A stretch of 64,000 nucleotides of DNA from the NCBI GenBank assembly GCA_002269645.1, contig NIVC01001102.1, forward strand, positions 124,001 through 188,000, written 5' to 3'. Of the stretch, positions 52,001 to 64,000 are shown piece after piece. The notes under the pieces were generated by a model. That model was not told the origin of the DNA. It saw nothing but the letters and a program-made list of their open reading frames with translations, and did no database searches. Origin of the DNA: Macrostomum lignano. Taxonomy: Eukaryota. Each line of letters opens with the position of its first letter. Position 1 is the stretch's first letter. Position numbers and translations under genes: made by a program.

Positions 52001-52705
52001 CGAAGCTACAAAAGCCAGGCGTTAGCCTCACGGGTCTGAACAAAAGCGCGTTAAGTCGGGGATCGGTTGTGTGAAGTTTGCTAGCGAGGACTTGCTTGCG
52101 AAATCCTTGTTCTGATGGCCTAGTGTGATGTGAATTGCGTCACTCGTGAGGCTGAGATCTGGGAAAAGTTGACCACTGGACCTTCCTCTTCATTGCCGCA
52201 TTCAGGATTGCCAGGAGAGGCACAGGCAAATGCAAGCAACGCATTCGAGTCAAGCTCTGGCAGCTACGGACTCGGGGGCATCAACGGTCAGCCGGGCTAC
52301 AACAACCCCAGCTCAACACCTGGGAGCAGCAACCACGGCGGTTGCGGAGCCGGCTGGCTGGGAAAGGCGGTCAAGGCGAGGGGGCTCACGACCGACGGAG
52401 ATCGAGGCAAAAGTCTGGCCAACGGCTGGGTCGGTGGCGTTGCTGGCAATGGCAACACAGGTGTCGGCGGCTTCGGGGGCGGAGGCGGCGGCGGCGGCAC
52501 CGGCGGTGATCGAAGGGGAGCTGCCGGCGGTGGCGGCGGCTTCAGCGGCGGCGGCGCCTCCGTAATCCGTGGCTCCGGCGGAGGCGGCGGCGGCTCGTTC
52601 TGCGGCGGCAGCGGCTGCACCGCCGTCGCTGGAGGCGGCTCGGGTAGCGAGCATGGAGAAGTGACGCTACGGCTCGTAGCTCCGTTTGCCGACAGCTGCG
52701 ACTGA
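49045..52705 (+). CDS. Secreted PAN plus ALK/LTK-like glycine-rich-domain protein, copy 2, carrying a 1-nt frameshift (pseudogene or assembly error)
   Basis: Exons 49045-49126 (signal), 49190-49537 (PAN: DCVNRCRLRKCSVAVFVPTSSICQL), 51274-51590 and 52206-52705. The third exon is 317 nt, against 318 nt in copy 1. The frame switches after IVVGQA at ~51464, with [19 protein letters not shown] continuing in another frame. Confidence 0.82.
49552..51028. mobile_element. Non-autonomous TIR element (~1.48 kb) containing a 25-bp minisatellite
   Basis: Ends CAGGGGCGTCGCCA / TGGCGACGCCCCCG (13/14 inverted match). The TSD is not convincing. Confidence 0.6.
49740..50920. repeat. 25-bp minisatellite (GGCGCCAAAATGAGTGCCTGCCTGC)
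   Basis: About 45 units; it explains the RQALILAPQ ORFs. Confidence 0.96.
51697..51967. mobile_element. SINE family A copy with an inverted 5' half and an 11-bp TSD
   Basis: The head and core are on the minus strand (~51697-51825) and the 3' part and tail are on the plus strand (~51860-51967). TATGTGCGCAC is repeated at 51686-51696 and 51968-51978. Confidence 0.8.
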
Positions 52706-53183
52706 CCTCGACTGATCTGATTCTCTAAGCCGCCAGATTGCAAGGAACACGTGTGTTGTGCCAGAAACCATTTTACGAGGATATGCAAACGTGCAATTTA
52801 CTGATTCCTTTTGTGAAGCTTAAAGCTAATGTTCTTAGCTCACAGAACTTACAGTAGAATTATTCAATAGTAAATGAAGTATAACCTGGTTCTGTAAGCA
52901 GTCTACAACGTACAACGCAATTAAGGACTACTCAAGTAACATATATATAGGACGCAACACTCGAAATCTGTGGTAAATCTTTTCAAGGCAACTTTTCGCC
53001 GAAAAATACACTACAGAGATAGGAGGTTTTAATTTTTTCAGCACAAAAATTGTTATTGCTTTTGATAGGAGGCAGATCCAGTGTTCATCTGTTGATATGC
53101 TGTGCCTTTCTTATAGCTCTATTGGTATTCATAAAGCTTCTTCTTCAGAAAATTAGGATTCTATGCTAATTTTTTATTCTACC

Positions 53184-53538
53184 TACATTTCCTGGGGGTG
53201 CTTTCACAAGGTCGAAATTTCACAACGTCGAAAAGTAAATTATTTCACAAGGTCGAACCTTCACAAGGTCAAAATTTCACAACATCGAAACCTTTAGCAA
53301 AGGACTTCATAAGGTCGAAATTTCACAACGTAGAAAACTCAAATGGCAGCCACTTTCGACCTTATGAAGTCTCTTGCTAAAGTTTTCGATGTTGTGAAAT
53401 TTCGACCTTGTGAAGTTTCGACCTTGTGAAAGTGGCTGCTATTTGAGTTTTCGATGTTCTGAAATTTCGATCTTGTGAAAGGTGCTTTCGACGTTGTGAA
53501 ATTTCGAGTTTGTGAAACCCCCCCCCCCGGCAAATGTA
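53184..53538. mobile_element. Foldback MITE built from TTTCACAAGGTCGAAA-like subrepeats
   Basis: Palindromic overall: the left arm has forward subrepeats and the right arm their reverse complements; ends TACATTT / AAATGTA. Confidence 0.8.
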
Positions 53539-54610
53539 CCCAAAAATCATAAAAATGCACGGCACAGCTCGAATTTTTGGTTTTGAGAATCTCTGTTACA
53601 CATATTGTTACACAGTAAGCTAAGAATGATAAAATGGATTCATAAAACCAGAGATGAGCCGTGCTATTTTAATGATTTTTAGGCACATGAGACATGCAAA
53701 TGTACGTATAATAATAATTAAACATTGAATCTTAGTGTTGCGTCCTTCTGCTTAAGTTGTCCTTGGTACAACGAAGGACTACTACATGTACGTTTCTTAG
53801 AAATCCTTGCGTACAACAAGTGTAGCATCTCGAAACTTCTAATCCATTGACGCAAACCAGAATAAAAAAATATGTAAGTTAAAAAAACAATTCATCTAAA
53901 TATGTATATCTCCGAATTAATAACTAGCAAATACCATTAAAAATGGCCTTTATAATTGCAAATATATGTATTTGTTCAGTAAATTGCAATCCAATATAGT
54001 TAGTGAAAACAAAAAAATTACCTAACTATCGTAGTACTAACGCAAAGCTGGAAGATATTGCTGCCAAAATGACACAACAGACAAATTTTGAAATGCCTTC
54101 ATTTCTTCATTAAAACAGTAGCAGCAGCTATAGGTACGCAGATAGGTAGAGTTGAACAATTAGGAAACCTTGAAATCCGCAGGTCATTTCAAAGGGAAAA
54201 TACGAGTAAATCGAAGTCAAAATCCAAAAACATTAAAAACAAGCCATCCTAACAGTTCGAGACATTTACGAGTATTTTATAATTGTTTAATAATAACTTA
54301 CATAAGCTTTAAACTTTAACTTTAAACTTAAAGCTTTTACATAAGCGATGTGCTTCTTTATGTCTTTTGTTTGCCGGTGTAATAGAGCCCCTAACCACAA
54401 GTACTGAGAATTGAGATAGAAAACAAACGGCCTAATACAGTGCACATGTATTGTAGTTAGTTAGTACAGGCTTGTGCTTCAATGTGTGACTGAAGGATTC
54501 ATTTGCTTGACAGATTTGACAGTTTTTACCATAGACAAATGGCGCAGCGGATTTAACAACAGAATGACCTCAGCAACAAAAATACTCTAAACTAAAAGTC
54601 GCAGCAATAA

Positions 54611-57078
54611 TTATTTCACTTCAACATCGCCACTTCCATCAACATTACAACTCGATTTCTTAACATCCTCGCCACTAAGCAGCGACACTCCAACCGATTT
54701 CAAAGCTTCAACAGCCCACTCTGGATAATCTGTCGGATTAGGATATTGCAAGCGAAAGAATTGACGAACAAACTCTGAAAATTTGCCGTCAACTAGACTC
54801 TGTCGCATCTCGGACATTAGATTGAGCATATAAGCTACGTTGTGAGCAGTGAGCAGACTGCAGCCCAGGGTTACACCGTCCTCTTTGAGCAGTGTAGCCA
54901 AATAAGCACGAGAGTAGCCGCCGGTACAGCAGGGACAGCTGCACCGATCGTCAATAGGTCTCAAGTCAGTTTCAAACTGTCGCTTCTTCAACTGCAACTG
55001 ACCTTCTGGCACCAGCGCCACACCGAATCGTGCAGTTCTAGTTGGCAAAACGCAATCAAACATGTCTACGCCAAGCGCAACGCAAACAACCAGATCTAAT
55101 GGTAGGCCGACGCCCATCAAATAGCGCGGCTTACCAGCTGGTAATCTTTCTGTGCACAATTTAACAATTCGCCAAAATGTTGACTTAGCTTCGCCGCCGC
55201 TAAGACCGCCAATAGCAAAACCAGCTACATCTCTACTAGCCAGCGCATCTAGCGATTGAATGCGCAGATCCGAGTCCAGACCGCCTTGCACTATTGGGAA
55301 TAGGCACTGTTGTGTAGGACGAGCATTGGCTGCCAAACAGCGGTCCAACCAGCGTATGGAGCTGGACAAATCAATGTGACAGGGTGTTGATTAGCATCAA
55401 GTTGGGCATGTTGCGAGAAGTGATGGAGTGCTGAAGGTGGGACAGATGGGCAAAGGAGCAGAGGCAGGTAACAGTGAAGTGGAGAGATATGTAGAGTCGC
55501 AGACCATATGGACCTAATAATCAAACATTGAATTCTAGTTCCAACGCTGTGTTTGAGACAACACAAGCAAACTAAAGAAGTACATGATGTACTAGTAACT
55601 TAACCAGGCGAGGTAAAACCACGAGAGCCCATTGAATTTAAGCAATTTTAAGTGAGGCTACATAATTCTATTGAAATAAAAGAGTAAAAGACAATTTTAA
55701 CAAGCAACCGCTAGATAAACAGTTGCAAGTTGTTGTAATTTGATTTTAAATAGCCTGCAAACTACAGAAGGTTAAAACAGGCTGAAAACTAGGAAGAAAC
55801 TAAAGCAGGGGTCGGTGAACTCCTTTATTGAAACTTGAAAATAGCATCCGACCCGCTCAAGGTTGGTGTCTCTTCTATGCTTCCTCTCACCTCTTCTCTC
55901 ATCTCTCTTCTCTCCTCTCCCCTCTTCTCTCCTCTTATCTATCTGTTCTCTCATTGCATCTCTCACATGTCCTCCCCATTATTTTCTCTGATCCGTCATC
56001 TATTCCCTCTCCTTTTTATTCTCATCCAGCCCGCTGTCATGAGCTGGATTCTTTATCTGGCCCTTGAGGTAAAAAGTTTGCCAAACCTTACGGCCTAGAA
56101 GGTACAGAGACTAAGAAATAAAAGGTTTGTTGCGACATAATCTAAGCTCTAGTACTTTTATTAGTAAATGAAGTTTAGAATAGATACTAAATCTTTATTT
56201 TTTCCTTCTAAAGCTACTTATGTCGAGATTAGACATAAAATACTCGTCAATCTCACCGTTCCATAGCCTCTTTCACGCGCGGCCCAGTTGTACTGCTGTG
56301 CACAACATCGTCTAACTGCATCATTATATCCGCGCCAATACCATTCTGAATTCTAATAGATTCTTCAGGAGTTAATCGAAGCTCAGTGCCATCGTAGGGG
56401 CTGGTGAATGTGACGCCGCCTTCGTCAATATTGCAAAGCTTGGATAGCGAGACCATTTGAAAGCCGCCAGAATCTGTCAACAGAGCGTGCGGCCAGTGCA
56501 TGTAGCCGTGAAGACCGCCGGATGCAGACAGGATTTCTGGGCCTGGTCTTTTCGAGGGAAAGGAAATTCATTTGTTTGAGCCAAGTTATAGTTAGTCAGG
56601 GAGAGGGTTAAGCTTGTCTCTATCAAGGACCGATCCCCAAGGCACAGAGGGTGCACATGCCTGGCGATTAGAAAGTCAGGGACACTGTACACCCTGTATG
56701 AGCATGTGTACGAGTGCATGCCGGCGTACAGTATTGGCGTGCTTGTGTGTGCTCAGGCGCTGGTTGTGGAATGACCTTTAACTACTTGGCACCCAAATAT
56801 CGCCAAAATCGAATTTTTATCTTTTTTTCTATTAGCATAACAAGCAAGCCTTACCTACAACCCAGGTGATAAGTGTTTCCAAGCATAATTCGGCAACCAA
56901 GTTTGCTCAATTCGTCAGTTGTCAATGCTTTCAAACTGCCTTTAGTGCCAACTGGCATAAACACTGGAGTGTCCACAGTAGCATGGGGTAATTGCATTTT
57001 AGCTGTGCGAGCTGCCGTAGTGCCGCACTTGCTAATTATGTTGAATTTCAAAGGATAAGCTGCATTGCTAGTAGCCAT
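54611..57078 (-). CDS. QTRT1: Queuine tRNA-ribosyltransferase catalytic subunit (3 exons, ~421 aa)
   Basis: Exons 57078-56855, 56547-56257 and 55361-54611 are phase-consistent. Motifs: [67 protein letters not shown] and the Zn site CSCPCC...HN. Confidence 0.96.
55806..56090. mobile_element. hAT/Charlie-like MITE copy in QTRT1 intron 2
   Basis: Ends CAGGGGTCGGTGAACT / AGTTTGCCAAACC with a CT-rich interior, like 36540-36967. Confidence 0.62.
56615..56770 (+). mobile_element. SINE family B, partial copy in QTRT1 intron 1
   Basis: CCCCAAGGCACAG..GTGCACATGCC..AGAAAGTCAGG..CTGTACAC is the reverse complement of the family B core. Confidence 0.65.
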
Positions 57079-58477
57079 GGACATGCATATGAGGCTAGGT
57101 CTTGGAAGATACAATACTTCAAGTGCCTGTCTCTGGATCAGAAATACATTCAAATACATATTACATATAATATATAAATGTAAAAAGGATAGTTATAACC
57201 AGTGAAGATTTAGGTAGACCTGTGATATAGGAGTCTTCCCTTTAAGTGCCTATTAGGGCTACCTTGTGCTTACACATTTAAGACAATTTTGTCAGTTATG
57301 CATTACAGCAATGTAGCTATGTAGCAACTTGCATGGTAGTGCTTTCACAAGGCCTGAATTACACTACATAAATTTTTTTCATAATATTAAAACTTCTATT
57401 TCATTAAAGACCTCAATTTCATATTCTTGAAAACTTAATTAGCAAACCCTTTAAAAATGCACAAATTTTACATTACATAAAAACATAACTGCTTGAGAAT
57501 TTTTGGTATGATGAAATTAGGCTTTTATAAAATCTTTTGCATGTCCTGATCAACCATTATTAGTTTTCAAATAGTGGACCTTATTGTTGTGCATTTTTTG
57601 AGTAATATAATTAGGCAATACCATTGCAAACATTGCAAAAAATGTAAAGAGTAAAAGACTTTATATGAATAGATACAAATAAAAACTTTGTGACTATGTG
57701 ACTATTGGTGACTACAATAATATCATATTTATATTTGATGTATATCAAGTTACTAACAAGCTCAATATTATATAATAATTGTCCTTCCTTTTATTACCAT
57801 CATTATACATACAAAAAACGAAAACATTAGCATTGATAGATAGAATAATGTAAATAGGCCTACTAGATAATAATTAGGCTTAATCTCAAGTCTTAAAAAT
57901 CTTGAAAATATGATATTTTCCAACCTCTATAAAGTTTAAAGGAGGTTGAACAAGTTCTGTATGCTTTGGCTATCTTAGGCTTTGATATTTAAAGACATGC
58001 CCATATATTTGTGCTATGTTTTATAGCATAAGAATTTTAGGAGATAAGTTTTTAAGATATCTAGAGCCTACAACAATATTGGATCCTAATGCCAAATGTA
58101 GAAGGCCATGGTCAAGATCTAGATGATATAAACTTCTAGACTTTTACTTCTAGTTTCTAGAAGTAAAAACTAAAGCTTCTACTTCTGGTCCCAAAATGAG
58201 ACATCATACTAAATGGACAAAAAAGCACATACTATTTCTATCCAAGAGAATCACAAACTGCTGCTATTGCTGCTACCCAGTTTTGTATATCATGAGCAAA
58301 CAAGACAGCACTAGGCCTATTTCTTCTATGAGTAAAAAAGCTATCCTGCTAAAGACAAGGTGATCATTCACTTTACTAGCAACAACAACTATTCTTGCAC
58401 TCACTAGGACTATTTTATTAGAGGCAGGGGGTTGTGTGCACCCTGGCACACTTTAAGCGACATAGGCACACAACTGA

Positions 58478-58740
58478 CGTGATGCATTATTGCCTATTCC
58501 ACCGACTCCCCTGAGCAGGCATATAAGTGCACAGATACATACGTAGGCACACACTCACACAGGAGTGTACAGCGGCCCTAACTTCATTAGGCATGTACAC
58601 TTCACTGTGCCTTGGGGGGTTGGCTCTCAAGGCCGTTAATTGCACGAGCAGAGCCAAGCCGAGATTCCAATTCAGCCCCAAATTAATGTGACTACACTTG
58701 GAATCAAGCCTGGGTTGCTGGCCTGCGTGTTAGGGCTGCA
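58478..58740 (-). mobile_element. SINE family B, near-full copy
   Basis: Collinear with 9075-9360, including the CTGAGCAGGCA tail and the CACTTGGAATC head junction. Confidence 0.75.
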
Positions 58741-59279
58741 ATAAAATTAAATGATTCCCCCAGAATAGGGGGGATTGGTTTGGGCTGAGTGTACATAGCA
58801 AAGTACATTGTAAGCAGATAGATAGGACTGTGTCAAGATTCAATTGGTTTTATTATTGGCATCTTTCAAAAGGCAGCCCTGTGTATTAGGTGGGCAGTGA
58901 AATTCAATGAATAAACTTGCGAGCATTTTACTGTAGCAGGCAGTGAATGTACACTCAATACTTCAATGCTTTAAATCAGGAAGTTCAAAGGCTAACTGTT
59001 CCTTGAGTTTTAAGCTTTGAGAGGAGAGAATTATATTGCTGAGAAGATCTTGCAACGCTGAGTTTAGGGATAAGTTATTTGCTTTAAATATGAAAACAAA
59101 AAGCACAGCATTGAAAAAATGATTTCTATACTTTTAAACTTTCTGCCAAGATTGTAGTTGGGGGGGGGGGGGTTGCGTTGCGTACACAAATTCAAGCCAG
59201 CTATCATTTGTGCAATTTCAGTAATGGAGGAGGTGGGTGAAAAATTTCAATTAGTTTAATTATTGGCAATTTCAGTCCA

Positions 59280-60590
59280 TCAGATAAGAAAATAGAGAGA
59301 AGAGAGATTTCAAGAAGAGAGAATAGAAAGATGATAGAAAAGACAGTAGATATGAGAGATGAAAGATTAAAGACGACAGAGGGGAGTGAGGCAGGAATGA
59401 TGAAGAGGGAGAGAGAAGAGAAGAGAATTTAGAGGGGAGAGAGGAAAAATGAAAGAGCAGAGGAGGGAAGAAAGATGGGAGGAAAGAGGAAGGATAAGAG
59501 AGTACAGAGGAGAGAGAAGAGAGAGGAGAGATGAGACAGGAGACAGTAGAGAGGAGAGGGGAAAGATGAGAGATGAAAAAGGAGAGGGTAAGAGAGAAAA
59601 TAGGAGTATGAGAAATGAGAGCAGAGAGGAGAGACAATAGAGAAAAGAGAAGAGAGAGAGAGGACAGGGTAGAGGAGAGGCGATAGATAAGCGAGTAGAG
59701 ATAAGAGATGAGAGAGAAGAGGAGATATAAGAGAGAATTGAGAGAAGACAGGAGAGAAGAGATAAGAGAGAAGAATGGAGACAGAAGCAAGAAGAGAAGG
59801 GAGAGATGAGAAAACATGCTATGATATTTCATGAGGTTTTATGGAGGATTTGGAAGATTTGGAAGATTTTTTTATGTATACCCAGACAATTAAAAAGCAT
59901 ATTTTTATAAACTTCAGTTTCATAGTCTTGATTGACTGAAATTTGATAAAGATAATATTTTTAAATTAATGGATTGTAGCTTGAAGGAGATGATATATGA
60001 TGGATTGTAGTTTAATGGGAAGGATTTTGATGATATCTGTTTCATGGAGAGGATGAAATGGCTAAATGAAATGGAATAGAGAAAAGAGAAAAGGAAAGAG
60101 AAGATAAAAGATTAGATGAAAGAGAACATGAACAGAGAGAATTAAAAGGGACAGATTAGAGAAAAGAAAAAAAGAGAATAAAGGCAAGAGAAGAGATGAG
60201 GTAATTGAGAGGAGAGAAGAGAGGGGGTAAGAGATGAGAAAGAAGAGACAGGAGGGAGTAGAGCTGAAAGACGAGAGAGAAGAGATAAATGAGTAGAGAT
60301 GAGGGGAGAGAGAGGAGAGAGAAGCAAGATTATAAGGGAAAGAGGAGATAAAGGAGAGGAGAGAGAAGAGAGAAGAGATAAAAGAGGAGAGAGGAAAAAG
60401 TAGAAGAGAAAGTAGTGAGGAGAAAGAAGAGAGTAAATATGAGAGTGCAGAGAGGAGAGATAAGAGAGTAGAGATGAGAGATGAGAGATGAGATGAGAAA
60501 TGATAGATAAGTGAGGAGATGAGAGCAGAGAGGAGATAGGAGAGATTAAAGATGAGAGAGCAGAGGAGAGAGGAGACAGGCAAGAGTCAG
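59280..60590. repeat. Two purine-rich (GA/AG) low-complexity tracts (59280-59810 and 60060-60590)
   Basis: Strong strand-biased purine runs; they explain the Leu/Ser-rich antisense ORFs. Confidence 0.9.
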
Positions 60591-62039
60591 TCTGGATGAT
60601 GGCAGGCAGTCAGTTTTTGCAAACAGGTAAAACAACATGGTTTTTGGAAGCTTAATAGAGGATTTGGAGAGGATTTGGACAATGGGATTCATGTCATTGG
60701 ATTCAGCTGATGGATTTTAGAAAATGAAATTCTGGCGATGGGAGTTCTTCCCCTTACTCCACCAATGGAGGAGTTGGCCTCGTATTTATATATATATAAT
60801 TGATTTTAAAAGAATTTATCTAACTGTTTTTTTTCAAACTTGCACCATTTGATCAGAAATTCTAGCAAAGTGGTACAGTTCTCTTGGCTAAGAGCTTGCT
60901 CTATTTTAAAAAGATTTAATATTTTAAAAACATGCTTTTTTGCAAAGTTCAAGCAGATTTTTTCAACTTGAAATGCTTCATAAGAATGATGAAGAAAAAA
61001 CTCACTGGCAAATTCTGATTCTGAAATTCTGTAAAATTTCTAATTTTGTGGCAATTGCACCACATTAGGCTTTTTATTTAGTGTCTATATACTAGTTGAA
61101 TTGGATGCTGAATTGAATTGTATCATTATGTTGAAAACACAGTGTAAAAGCATAGCACCAGACTTGATTTAGATTGCGTAACTCAATAGAGACTGGTGCT
61201 GACTTGTCTAAGAAATTGATTATGTCATAACTAACTTAGTATGGGTTCAATAAGTGCTACAAATTCATGATGTCAAAACAATGAGAGCTAGCCTAGAGGT
61301 AACCAGGCTAAACTGCTAATGTAGCTATGTGGGTTTAAATTTTCAGAGTGTTAGGTTTTTTATTTTAACTTTTTAACATTAAGATAACTAGGCCTAAAAA
61401 GAACTTTAACTGGCAGAAGACGGATGGCACGATTTTGTGCCATAAAGTAATCATAGTTATTGATGGAACCGAATCCTAGTGTCTAGGGCAATCATAGATT
61501 GCAGAATTCAATACCCTTGTTGCCAACTGACATGGCTCAAAAATGTGCCATATCCGTTTTTGTTGGAAAGCTGCTTATTTTCCTATAGGTTAGATGACAC
61601 TTTCTATGGCAATGATCATAGATTATAGTGAAGCAGGTCCTTGGCAAAACTATTATAAGCAGGACAGTGATTTTAATAAATATCTATGGTCCCAAATAGT
61701 TCCTTTTCCATATTTCCCTGTATGGTTTTCTCATGAATGAAAGACATACAGCCATAGCATTAGGTCCCCAGCCATAGACAAATTATCTTTTGGTTAAGCA
61801 GCTTTATTACATATGGGTATACTTGTAAAGCTAGCTGCCTTCTGGAATAGGGGGTAGAAGTTCTGACACTTATGCACTTGGCACAAAATCATGCCAGCTA
61901 GCTGTCGGCAAAGGGTGTGATACATTTTTTGGTTTGTTGCATAAAGGTTAAAAGAAACATCATGTACTCATATAAAAAATAAAAAACAATATATCATACA
62001 TAAATCAACAAGAACATTATATGATATAGTATGCATAGG

Positions 62040-62290
62040 AAGCATCATGTTAGACAAAAAATCATGTGTCATGTCAGGCATAAAATAAGCATCATGTCAG
62101 GCAAAAAATCAGTGTCATGTCAAGCATAAAATGAGTGTTATATTAGGCATTATTAAATATGTGCCATGGTAGGCATAAAGTAAGCATTATGTCAAATATA
62201 AAATGAGTGTCATGTCAGGCATAAAATAAGCCTCATGTCAGACATAAAATCAGCACCATGTCAGACATAAAAGAAGTGTGATATCAGACA
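62040..62290. repeat. Degenerate ~25-bp tandem repeat (CATGTCAGGCATAAAAT core)
   Basis: About 9 imperfect units. Confidence 0.7.
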
Positions 62291-64000
62291 TAAAATATTT
62301 CTTATTTTATATTAATATTGCCAAGGCAAATTTTAGACAAAACAAAATACTTATTAACTAAATAGGAGAATGCTTGATACAATGCCAATGGGAACCTAAT
62401 TGACCAAGCAGAATTAAATGATTCAAGAGACAATTGCAACTGTTTTTATGAATTATATTCTCTCATAGTCATAAGGAATTCATGTAGGAGGTAAAACGGT
62501 AAATAGAATTGCGATCGGGCCCCCTAATGGAGAGCAATTGTGCTAGTTATCATACTATAATTTAAATGAAATTTTTGCTCTGACTATAAAAATAGCCCTT
62601 GTGTTTCCTACACCCAGTGACTATAAAATAGCCCCCCCCCTAATAGTTTTGCCATTTATACTATACAGTTACATTACGTAAAGACACTAGGCCCAGATAG
62701 TGTCTTAGACTTATAACCTTATATTGACTAAAAATAACAGTTTTGCTTTTTATATGGTCACATATTTACAAATAACAACTGCCAAAATCCCTACCCATAA
62801 AATGAAACTCTGTCTGTGTACAAATGGGCTCCAAAACTGCTCAAGCTCAAACAAATTAAACCAAATTTTGTGCCCACCCCGCCTAAACTCACTATGGAGA
62901 AGGTCTTAGGCTACCTTAAATTTTTTTAGGTATTATATAAATTTGTATAGTCTATAGATCTAGATTTTTCTAAATTGATAGGCCTGACTTGATACAATAG
63001 ATTTAGTCTGACTTCATGATCATGGTCATCTTCCTTGTCTTCGACTCTTCTCTAGCCTCAGCTACTTTACAAACACAAGCAAAGCTGCTGCTGCAACTGC
63101 AAGACACACCATTGTATTAAGGCCAGAGTTCTTTCTTAGAACTAAATTCTTAAAAATTTTAAATTAAATGATTTTTTACAGGATCCTGTTATGAACAAGG
63201 TACACGTGTGTACACAATTAACTAGATCAAAATTTCAGTTCTGAGACAAGAATCAGAGCCTAAACATATGCTATTTTGAAAGTAAATGTCTTTTTAAAAA
63301 TTTTTTGTTGAATTTAAAAAAAACTGTTGTTTCGTTGCAAATATCTATAGTTAAAATTGTTATACGCTTATAATAAACACCAAGCACCGATTTAACAAGC
63401 TAAAATACACGAAATAAGAAATATCTGGATTGGCTTTGGCAGTTTTGGCAGGGTTAGCTAAGCAGTTCATTTTCTTTTACGCCGCAAATTAAAAATATTT
63501 GTGCGACATAATTGAACAAAAAAAACTACAATGTCTAAGGATCGAATCAATGTTTTCCCTTCGCGAATGTAAGTATACAATGAAATTAAGCTCTTGCAAG
63601 TTGCATCTCATATCTTGTCTCTTTTTTAATAGACCTACTATTGGGTCTAAGTTTCTTAGTTCCATTAGTTAAGTTTAACAGATTTTGTATATATTTGTTA
63701 GTAATTTATAAAATTGTTCTTAAAATTGATAATTATATATTGCAACAATATTTTTAATTCATTAATTATAATTGATCATTTAATTTAAAGTTTATAATAA
63801 TAAATTTACCCTTTTAAGTCTTCTTTCAGTTTTTCTTGATTGAAGGGTCCTTTGCCGTCATTGACATTGATCATATAAGATATTCTAGATTTTTCAGCAT
63901 TCTTTTGTCTTACAATGCCCAAAATTGTATCTGTTTTGTCTTACGATGCCCATGTTAAATAAGCAAGAAGGGTTTAAAAATGTATACTTTACAACGGAAG

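Noticed and set aside
43770-52705. Bacterial PE-PGRS-like genes or horizontal transfer
   Set aside because: The genes have spliceosomal introns, eukaryotic signal and PAN exons, and the ALK-type motif order; there is no PE domain. Ancient transfer cannot be excluded without a phylogeny.
54611-57078. Bacterial tgt contaminant
   Set aside because: It has two GT-AG introns containing host repeats, so it is eukaryotic QTRT1.
61420-61910. Short inverted match (GGCACGATTTTGTGCC / GGCACAAAATCATGCC) suggesting a transposon relic
   Set aside because: Too degenerate to define ends or a TSD.
57200-64000. Protein-coding genes in the last 7 kb
   Set aside because: The region is AT-rich, with only low-complexity or short ORFs; I could not build a phase-consistent exon chain. 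Small exons of a gene extending beyond the window cannot be excluded.

Overview
Intron-rich, minisatellite-rich animal genomic DNA. It is not prokaryotic, and there is no CRISPR array or rRNA. The style, with a different tandem repeat in almost every intron, resembles a free-living flatworm such as Macrostomum; this is an inference and was not confirmed. I assembled spliced gene models by hand with phase-consistent GT-AG junctions: a tetraspanin with a very long tail (+), a 70-aa single-pass membrane ORF (-), an 11-exon Shank-like scaffold with no visible SH3 or SAM domain (-), mitoribosomal mL66/MRPS18A (+), TSR1 (+), a myristoylated IRS-type-PTB docking protein (+), a secreted PAN-fibrinogen (FReD) protein (-), two secreted kinase-less ALK/LTK-type glycine-rich-domain (GRD) proteins (+; one has a 1-nt frameshift) and QTRT1 (-). 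Mobile DNA includes a decayed pogo-like transposase interrupted by a solo-LTR-like insert, several MITE/foldback elements and two tRNA-derived SINE families. The strongest candidate for an undescribed system is the 40.4-52.7 kb cluster of secreted proteins, in which phase-1 exon modules (signal, PAN, FReD, ALK-like GRD) are recombined and the FReD gene appears nested in an intron of a GRD gene. All family assignments come from recalled motifs; no database search was run.
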